Below, in pieces: positions 26,804 to 32,000 of a DNA stretch of 32,000 bases. A program made the position numbers and the translations under genes. The stretch's first letter is position 1; each line of letters begins with the position of its first letter. The notes beneath the pieces were generated by a model. The model was not told the origin of the DNA, made no database searches, and saw only the letters and a list, made by a program, of their open reading frames with translations. The DNA is taken from contig CP025011.1 in assembly GCA_002952755.1 (NCBI GenBank), positions 1,050,001-1,082,000 of the forward strand, read 5' to 3'. Origin of the DNA: Candidatus Saccharimonadota bacterium (lineage in GTDB: Bacteria; Patescibacteriota; Saccharimonadia; Saccharimonadales; UBA4665).

Positions 26804-27441
26804 GCCAAATGCCTGCTAATTTGGTCAAGGCGTTGCAACGCAGTAAAACCAGCGAGCACAGCGATTATAATTACCGCATATGAAAGCTGGTCGACAAATA
26901 GGCCAGTAACCAACACACACATACGAAGCTCAAAACTTAAGAGGCCGCCTGAAAATAAACGATTTAAAACATCGTGGGAGATAACCCGGCCGCTGCTAGC
27001 CACGGCGGCTTCGCCCTTCGCTTTCACATAGCTAACCGATAAAGAAGCGCCGCAGGCTGCGGCGGCCCAAGCCGCCGTTGCCGGATGTTTACTGAGCGCC
27101 ATGGCGTAAGCTGCTCCGCTATAGAGCAATACTTCTTTTAGGCGGTCAGTTGATGCATCGAGCAGCATACCGCGTACTGATGTCGTGTTTTGCAAGCGCG
27201 CCAATTCGCCGTCAAGCGTGTCAAACAAGCCAAAGATTATAAGCAAAACGGCAGCCGTTATATTATGCTGCGTAGCGATCAAATAAGCGATGGGTACATG
27301 CATCGCAAAACCCACAATAGTTACAGAATCAGGGGTAATCTTACCTTTACTTATGCGGTGCAAAAAACGTGCAAACTGGCGCATGCATGCCCGGATAGTC
27401 TTTTTAATACCGCTCAGCATCAATGGCATTGTATCATCCAA
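26800..27441 (-). CDS. CDP-alcohol phosphatidyltransferase family protein
   Basis: The signature D-x2-D-G-x2-A-R-x8-G-x3-D-x3-D is present exactly as DTLDGELARLQNTTSVRGMLLDASTD. Multiple TM spans. Confidence 0.9.
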   Translation of the reverse strand: MDDTMPLMLSGIKKTIRACMRQFARFLHRISKGKITPDSVTIVGFAMHVPIAYLIATQHNITAAVLLIIFGLFDTLDGELARLQNTTSVRGMLLDASTDRLKEVLLYSGAAYAMALSKHPATAAWAAAACGASLSVSYVKAKGEAAVASSGRVISHDVLNRLFSGGLLSFELRMCVLVTGLFVDQLSYAVIIIAVLAGFTALQRLDQISRHLA

Positions 27442-27543
27442 TGGGCCGGTATCATATGTACACTAGTTGCTTCGCTAATACCGGCAAACCGAGCCAAGAA
27501 ATTAGAACACATCTTCATTTCCAAGGAGTGGCCAGGAAGTCCG

Positions 27544-27999
27544 CTACAGTCTGGAGATTATTTTAGGGATGCCATTCTTGGCTTGGTCCTCTAGCCTCTC
27601 GGTCGCTAAGAACTCCGGCATTACGTGCATAGCAGCGGGGTCTATAAAGGCCGCTTCTTCGATCTCTTTAGCACCATGGGTAGTCTGGGTAAGGTCTATA
27701 TGCACGTAATCTTCGCCATTCGTAATGTGAAAGAAAAACTCCAAGTATTCTTTATCTTTGTGAGCAAATTGCTGAACATAGAGCAAATTGCCAACGACCG
27801 GCCGCACGCCAGTCTCCTCTATCATCTCTCGCTCAATGCCCGAAATGAGCGGTTCGCCTTCGTCCAACCCGCCACCCGGCAAACACCAATACTCAGCGCC
27901 GCTTGCCGTGCGCAAACTACCGGCATACTTTTTTAAACGCACACACAGTAATTTTCCCTCGTGCAAAATAATGCCCCGGACGGATATCCTTCGTATCAT
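27544..27999 (-). CDS. NUDIX hydrolase
   Basis: Nudix box GGGLDEGEPLISGIEREMIEETGV (G-x5-E-x7-REUxEExGU). ATG 27999 is preferred over the ORF-track TTG at 28023. Confidence 0.85.
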   Translation of the reverse strand: MIRRISVRGIILHEGKLLCVRLKKYAGSLRTASGAEYWCLPGGGLDEGEPLISGIEREMIEETGVRPVVGNLLYVQQFAHKDKEYLEFFFHITNGEDYVHIDLTQTTHGAKEIEEAAFIDPAAMHVMPEFLATERLEDQAKNGIPKIISRL

Positions 28000-28035
28000 G
28001 CCCTTAATAGTACCATAGGGCAATCTACGCCTCGC

Positions 28036-28064
28036 TTTGCCCGCAAACTACACTTTGCCGCAAC
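28036..28064. promoter_or_regulatory. Two tandem short palindromes (TTTGC-cc-GCAAA and TTTGC-c-GCAAc) in the Nudix / dehydrogenase divergent region; candidate operator
   Basis: TTTGCCCGCAAA lies at 28036-28047 and TTTGCCGCAAC at 28054-28064, 18 nt start to start. Both sit inside a larger direct repeat, ctttgcc(c)gcaa(a)ct. Confidence 0.3.
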
Positions 28065-28092
28065 TCAACCCACAAAGAGCACGTCTGCTATC

Positions 28093-29007
28093 ATGGAAAG
28101 CATGCAGATTGTCGTTGCCGCGCCACTAGAGATCGCACCTGACCAACGGGAACGCCTAACAAAACTTGGCGACGTTACTTTTTATGAAGAGAGGGCGGCG
28201 ACACCAGATGAGTGGCTGCAGCGTGTGCAGGGAGCTACTATTATTTGCACAGGCAAATTTGGTTTGGTCGAAAAATGGCAGGAGTTGCACGATGTGTATA
28301 TACCCGTACCATTTGTATCGGTCAGCTGGGTAGATATAGATATCGCCCGGGAAAAGAACATCACTGTCTCGAACGCACCTGGCTGCAATAGGCATGCCGT
28401 TTCGGAGTGGATCATTGGCATGCTGCTGCATATCTCACGGCAGCTGGACCGTTATATAAACGTCGAAGACCTATCCGATGATTTTATTCGCACACCCACG
28501 CTGGGACTCGCCTACAAGCGTATTGTTATTTTGGGCAAAGGAAATATCGGTTCGAGAGTTGGTGAGATTGCTGGCGCTCTGCAGATGGAGGTCGACTATG
28601 TTACCCGCGGCGATGCCTTGCACCAAAAAGTAAAAAACGCCGATGTGGTAGTAAATTGCCTTGGCTCAAACCCAACCACACGTAAAATCTTAGATGAAAG
28701 ATTCTTTCGTTCGCTCCAACAAAACGCCATTTTTATTTCCGTGACCGGCGATTCGATTATAGATAAGTCTGCAATGCTCAGCGCGCTCGACAGTGGACCG
28801 TTAGCAGCTGTCGCTGACGATGCAGGTGGCATTTTAACCGGAGACACCGCCGATCCGTCGTACCGCGAGCTACTTAAGCACCCTAATATGTACGCCACGC
28901 CGCATATTGCCTATAACACAGACGTCGAGCGTCGCATCAGCAACGACATGATGATCGATTGTATCGAGGCCTGGATTAATGGCAAGCCGCTCTACGTCGT
29001 CACATGA
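28093..29007 (+). CDS. D-isomer-specific 2-hydroxyacid dehydrogenase (NAD-binding) family
   Basis: RIVILGKGNIGSRVG (GxGxxG), catalytic-region ATPHIAYNT, and overall PGDH/GyaR-like layout. ATG 28093 is preferred because ORF-track start 27961 would overlap the Nudix gene. Confidence 0.88.
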   Translation: MESMQIVVAAPLEIAPDQRERLTKLGDVTFYEERAATPDEWLQRVQGATIICTGKFGLVEKWQELHDVYIPVPFVSVSWVDIDIAREKNITVSNAPGCNRHAVSEWIIGMLLHISRQLDRYINVEDLSDDFIRTPTLGLAYKRIVILGKGNIGSRVGEIAGALQMEVDYVTRGDALHQKVKNADVVVNCLGSNPTTRKILDERFFRSLQQNAIFISVTGDSIIDKSAMLSALDSGPLAAVADDAGGILTGDTADPSYRELLKHPNMYATPHIAYNTDVERRISNDMMIDCIEAWINGKPLYVVT

Positions 29008-29041
29008 GAAACCCAGCAAGTACAAGTAATCAATAAAGCTC

Positions 29042-29067
29042 GTAACTTTTTGCTACATCCACGCGTA
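29042..29067 (+). promoter_or_regulatory. ECF-type promoter candidate GTAAC-N17-CGTA upstream of the sigma gene
   Basis: cGTAAC (29042-29046), 17-nt spacer, CGTA (29064-29067). This matches the AAC...CGT architecture of ECF promoters (for example B. subtilis SigW/X/M types). The ATG lies 8 nt downstream with no SD. Confidence 0.45.
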
Positions 29068-29075
29068 TTAGTATT

Positions 29076-29588
29076 ATGAGCAACGACGAAACTGAGCTAA
29101 TCGCTCGCATTGTGAATGGCGATACTGAGGCATATCGCACAGTAGTAGACCATTACACAGCAACACTATATCGCCATTGCTTTTACATTATGCGCGATGA
29201 GGATACGGCGGAGGACATGGCGCAAGAAGCGTTCATCCAAGCTTATCGTCACTTGTCTAAGTACGATCCCGAGAAAGGTAGCCTCAAAAGCTGGTTGCTA
29301 ACCATCGCCACCCGGCGCTGTTTAAGTGAACTGAGGCGCAATAGGGCAGTACGGCTCATGGATGACGATATCGTAATTAGTCCACTGCGCACCGAGCAAT
29401 ATGCTAAGGAGCAGGAGGTACACGATGCGGTACTCCGTTTAAAGCCAAAGTATCGCACGGTAGTTACCTTGCACTACTGGCATGGCTATAGCTACGCCGA
29501 GATCGCTGCCGCTATGGAGGTACCGATTGGATCTGTCCGCGGATGGCTCTATCGCGCCAAACAACAACTTAAGGAGGCTTTGCTATGA
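29076..29588 (+). CDS. RNA polymerase sigma factor, ECF (sigma-70 group 4) family
   Basis: Region 2 (YRTVVDHYTATLYRHCFYIMRDEDTAEDMAQEAFIQAY) and region 4 HTH (YSYAEIAAAMEVPIGSVRGWLYRAKQQL). 170 aa. Confidence 0.92.
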   Translation: MSNDETELIARIVNGDTEAYRTVVDHYTATLYRHCFYIMRDEDTAEDMAQEAFIQAYRHLSKYDPEKGSLKSWLLTIATRRCLSELRRNRAVRLMDDDIVISPLRTEQYAKEQEVHDAVLRLKPKYRTVVTLHYWHGYSYAEIAAAMEVPIGSVRGWLYRAKQQLKEALL

Positions 29589-30523
29589 AGAATCTAGAGT
29601 CGCTCATAAAAGCTCATTCCAATGCCGAGCCGCGGCGGAATGTGTCGCATGGCTTTTCCGACCGGGTTATGGCAGAAGTGCATGCGTCCAAGGGCAACTC
29701 GTTCTTAGCACGCATTGCTTCCGCCCGTAAAGGATTAGCTATGTACAAAATAACCAAACCAACCGCACTTATCGGAGGCTTAGGCATTGTCCTGCTTACC
29801 ACCGCAACCGGCTTCGCTACATTAAAATGGACCCAGCCTGATGTCGCCCTCGATAGCGCACAGGGTATTACAACCTTGTCCAATGGCGATCGTCGTTTCT
29901 GGATCGATTACACCAATTGCCCAAGTGCCATGGCACCTACCGGTTCTAAAGCCTACTACGAGATCAAGGCCGGCTCAAAGCTGACGCCAGAACAGCTTAC
30001 ACAAGGCCTACTGGCTTCCTGCGATTCGAATGAGTTAAGCAATTTCTTCCCGCAAATCGCCGGCAAAAAAGGGGAAACACCTCCATTCAAGCCTTATCAA
30101 GATCAATACTATACACCGATTGTAACCTTCCGGAGCGCAAGCAGCGATACGATTACTGTGGATAATGGAAGCTACAAAAATGTAAACTTGCCTGTTGACC
30201 AAGACGCTGCTTTTTATAGTCAGGGAAAGCAAGTGCAGCTCAGAGATCTGCGTCCGGGGGACACAATCGACTTAGTCGTCCATACCACTGCGCTTGCCCA
30301 GGCTTATAGCACCGAGACTATTCCTCCGGACCAGCTTGCCAGCATGAGTAAAGACGGCTTCCCAATCGGGGCTACTGTGCAGGGCGGCGTAAGGTATACC
30401 GCCGACCATTGGCAGATCATAGATACCATCATGCAAAAACAAGGGACAGACTGGACTACGCTTAAGCAAGATGCTTCTGCGCCAGACGGCTGGAGCCAGG
30501 TAACGCCTCTAGCCAATAATTAG
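29585..30523 (+). CDS. Putative anti-sigma factor / single-pass membrane protein (called from context)
   Basis: Its ATG overlaps the sigma stop (ATGA). It has a cytoplasmic N-terminus of about 60 aa, one TM (ALIGGLGIVLLTTATGFATL) and an external domain of about 230 aa. There is no HxxxCxxC zinc motif. Confidence 0.5.
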   Translation: MKNLESLIKAHSNAEPRRNVSHGFSDRVMAEVHASKGNSFLARIASARKGLAMYKITKPTALIGGLGIVLLTTATGFATLKWTQPDVALDSAQGITTLSNGDRRFWIDYTNCPSAMAPTGSKAYYEIKAGSKLTPEQLTQGLLASCDSNELSNFFPQIAGKKGETPPFKPYQDQYYTPIVTFRSASSDTITVDNGSYKNVNLPVDQDAAFYSQGKQVQLRDLRPGDTIDLVVHTTALAQAYSTETIPPDQLASMSKDGFPIGATVQGGVRYTADHWQIIDTIMQKQGTDWTTLKQDASAPDGWSQVTPLANN

Positions 30524-30543
30524 CTGTGCGCACAATCTAGTAC

Positions 30544-30589
30544 AGAGAGATACCCCTAGACAACCACCTGAGCTAGGGGCCTTCTCTCT
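30544..30589 (+). terminator. Compound stem-loop downstream of the anti-sigma gene
   Basis: Outer stem AGAGAGA (30544-50) pairs with TCTCTCT (30583-89). Inner stem CCCCTAG (30553-59) pairs with CTAGGGG (30573-79), with a 13-nt loop. There is no trailing T-run, so intrinsic-terminator function is uncertain. Confidence 0.4.
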
Positions 30590-30593
30590 ACAT

Positions 30594-30602
30594 TGCTATA
30601 CT
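30594..30602 (+). promoter_or_regulatory. Extended -10 element TGcTATACT, 7 nt upstream of the HIT-like ATG (leaderless geometry)
   Basis: TG 30594-95, TATACT 30597-30602, 7 nt (ttgtggt), ATG 30610. No SD. Confidence 0.35.
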
Positions 30603-30609
30603 TTGTGGT

Positions 30610-30972
30610 ATGAATTTAGATGCCGGGTGTCCATTTTGTCTTGAGAATCATCTGCTAGTATGCGAAGTCCTGTATGAGGATGAGCTATGGTATTTTGCTT
30701 CGGCGGAACCCGGAAGCATCAATAATGCCGGCATGGCTATTACAAAACGGCACGTTGCGACGCCGTTCGAGATCAACCAGGAAGAATGGATGCAACTCCA
30801 TGCGCTATTACCAACGTTTAAAGCACTCTTGGATACTGACAATCCACAAGGCTACAACCTGGGCTGGAACGTCCATACAAAGGTGAGACAAACCGGAGAC
30901 CGCATCAGAGGAAGTGGCAACATGACGAGCGCCAATAAAACAAAACGCCGACCACAGCGTAGAGCGCACTAA
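30610..30972 (+). CDS. HIT-like protein lacking the histidine triad (degenerate, or non-catalytic)
   Basis: The N-terminal 90 aa fit the HIT fold (CPFC, YEDE, ITKRHV, EINQEEW, GYNLGWNV). Where ..GQ.V.H.H.H.IPR..GD is expected, the sequence reads HTKVRQTGD, followed by a basic tail. No H-x-H-x-H is found in any frame downstream. Confidence 0.55.
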   Translation: MNLDAGCPFCLENHLLVCEVLYEDELWYFASAEPGSINNAGMAITKRHVATPFEINQEEWMQLHALLPTFKALLDTDNPQGYNLGWNVHTKVRQTGDRIRGSGNMTSANKTKRRPQRRAH

Positions 30973-30973
30973 A

Positions 30974-30998
30974 CCCGCTTGCAGCCCCCCCTGGCGGG
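30974..30998 (+). terminator. Weak bulged hairpin after the HIT-like gene
   Basis: CCCGC-ttg-CAG-cccccc-CTG-GCGGG gives 8 bp with a 3-nt bulge and no T-run. Confidence 0.2.
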
Positions 30999-31125
30999 CC
31001 ATTGGCGTACTCAGTATACTTGCGCCTTAGTATCTTTGCTGCGAGCTTTACTTCTATGGCTGATTTAAGGCGACTTTCAAAGTAAGCCTATCGCATCCAC
31101 AACCAGACATGGCTACATCATGCCA

Positions 31126-31154
31126 TTGACATGTGATGAACCATATGTTATTAT
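31126..31154 (+). promoter_or_regulatory. Near-consensus sigma70 promoter TTGACA-17-TATTAT
   Basis: TTGACA 31126-31131, exactly 17 nt, TATTAT 31149-31154. ATG 31165 lies 10 nt downstream with no SD. Confidence 0.55.
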
Positions 31155-31164
31155 CATACATATT

Positions 31165-32000
31165 ATGACTGCTGGTTGGGAAGCAAATGGTCAGTATGAA
31201 ACGGCGGCTGCAACTCTGGCGGCCCTAGACGCCGTCAGGGAAGCAGGCGGCCTTATCCACGATCTTCCTGGCTACGCTACCCATTTCTTGGCAACCGAAT
31301 ACAATACCCACACCACAGAGATGCCCGAATATCCGGGAACGTATAGAGAATACTCAAAAGCACAAAGAATACATAGTGCATTGGGTCAGCAAGCCTTGAA
31401 TGGAGAATTGGCCCTCACCAATGTGCCCGGTTACAAAGACGCAAATAGAGAAGGAGAGGAAGGAGTGGCCTACAGGGCTGCAAGTGCACTCCTGCGTATT
31501 TCTACAGTTGAAGGTCACGACGTGAGGGTAGATTCAAGTGAAGCCAGTGGCGATAAAGTAGTTATCGGACGAACAATCTTTACCGTCGCCACAGAAAAAG
31601 ATGCCAAACTTATTAATGGGCTGTTTCAAAGCTGGTCGCGCCCCGAAGATGGTTTTAAGGGTGTGCATACCGTATTCACGGACAAAAAAGAGGACGAATC
31701 ATACACGGTAATCGTCTATGACCTCAATGAATACACTATTCGTAACATGGGAAGCGCGTTAGATCAAATGGTTGCCGAGCGCGACTATGCTGAGTTTGGC
31801 GTTGCCTTACCAGATAATAAGCGCACACTTAAAACCTGGGAACAAGAGGGTCACACCTTCCCACCAGAATATCGTAAACGACTAGAAGAACGGAATCTCG
31901 CTTATCAGCTCCTTAAAGTTAAAGTAGATGGGACCTACGTCGGCGAGCCCAATATGCAACCAGACAAACGAGACGACCTACTTGGCACTGACGCAGCTCC
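31165..32000 (+). CDS. Hypothetical protein, 5' part (at least 278 aa); runs off the right edge and is absent from the supplied ORF track
   Basis: I translated it by hand and found no stop from 31069 to 32000 in this frame (MTAGWEANGQYETAAATLAALDAVREAGG...KVDGTYVGEPNMQPDKRDDLLGTDAA). The alternative in-frame ATG at 31120 would place the consensus promoter inside the coding region. I recognise no family. Confidence 0.6.
   Translation, partial: MTAGWEANGQYETAAATLAALDAVREAGGLIHDLPGYATHFLATEYNTHTTEMPEYPGTYREYSKAQRIHSALGQQALNGELALTNVPGYKDANREGEEGVAYRAASALLRISTVEGHDVRVDSSEASGDKVVIGRTIFTVATEKDAKLINGLFQSWSRPEDGFKGVHTVFTDKKEDESYTVIVYDLNEYTIRNMGSALDQMVAERDYAEFGVALPDNKRTLKTWEQEGHTFPPEYRKRLEERNLAYQLLKVKVDGTYVGEPNMQPDKRDDLLGTDAA

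Noticed and set aside
2124-28092. ORF-track N-terminal extensions (2124, 3059, 16656, 16726, 20279, 27961, 28023, 1997, 10085)
   Set aside because: In each case homology begins at an internal ATG that has its own SD or -10 box. The extension also overlaps a promoter, the upstream gene or the opposite-strand gene.
30525-30534. TGTGCGCACA as a third Crp-type box
   Set aside because: The half-sites are separated by 2 nt rather than 6. It also lies at a gene 3' end, not upstream of a promoter with the TATGCT geometry.
30880-30998. Possible small RNA (SRP-like GGAAG..GGCAAC..ATGAC; tmRNA-like tag reading frame ANKTKRRPQRRAH*)
   Set aside because: I could fold no long helix 8-type hairpin. There are no tRNA-like acceptor or T-arm ends (no GGTTCGA..CCA). 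The 'tag' lacks the hydrophobic ALAA-type terminus. The sequence is simply the 3' end of the HIT-like ORF.
1-32000. Alternative genetic code (UGA recoding, as in some candidate phyla)
   Set aside because: TGA terminates several genes at the expected family lengths (CDP-alcohol transferase, PHP, 2-hydroxyacid dehydrogenase, ECF sigma). Long conserved genes (eno, xfp, tkt) contain no in-frame TGA.

Overview
The window looks like a compact bacterial chromosome segment using the standard code. TGA, TAA and TAG all close well-conserved genes, so there is no sign of UGA recoding. About 35 genes are tightly packed, with several 4-11 nt overlaps. I found no rRNA, tRNA, CRISPR array, transposase or integrase.

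Gene content:
- The core (8.1-19.5 kb) is a central-carbon supercluster: gpmA, eno, ackA-xfp (phosphoketolase), rpiB-rpe and tal-tkt. A Crp/Fnr-family regulator, an Rnk/GreA-like factor and a VKOR-family protein sit among them.
- The left flank carries a partial GT1 glycosyltransferase, a DUF1045 2H-phosphoesterase, rmlA, a PRTase-like protein, a VOC/PhnB-like protein and a decayed gene.
- It also carries a 1237-aa secreted or anchored Q/T/L-rich protein with in-register 393-nt (131-aa) tandem repeats, followed by a small 2-TM protein.
- The right half carries a MacB/FtsX-type ABC pair, a solitary 1173-aa SF2 helicase with a long HTH-like tail, and a translationally coupled operon of CDP-alcohol phosphatidyltransferase, PHP phosphoesterase and a CarS (CDP-archaeol synthase family) protein.
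- It ends with a Nudix hydrolase, a 2-hydroxyacid dehydrogenase, an ECF sigma with a putative anti-sigma, a HIT-like gene lacking its histidine triad, and an unknown ORF running off the right edge.

Best leads:
1. A local Crp-type regulon. A perfect TGTGA-N6-TCACA box lies upstream of ackA-xfp and a 9/10 box upstream of the Rnk-like gene, both with identical geometry.
2. The CarS/PHP/CDP-alcohol transferase lipid head-group operon.
3. The giant repeat protein.
4. The helicase fused to multiple HTH-like modules.
5. A recurring leaderless-type gene start (-10 box 6-8 nt from the ATG, no Shine-Dalgarno).

The gene set (phosphoketolase fermentation, CarS-like lipid gene, tight packing) is consistent with a reduced-genome CPR/Patescibacteria organism such as Saccharibacteria. 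That is inference only. No database search was possible.
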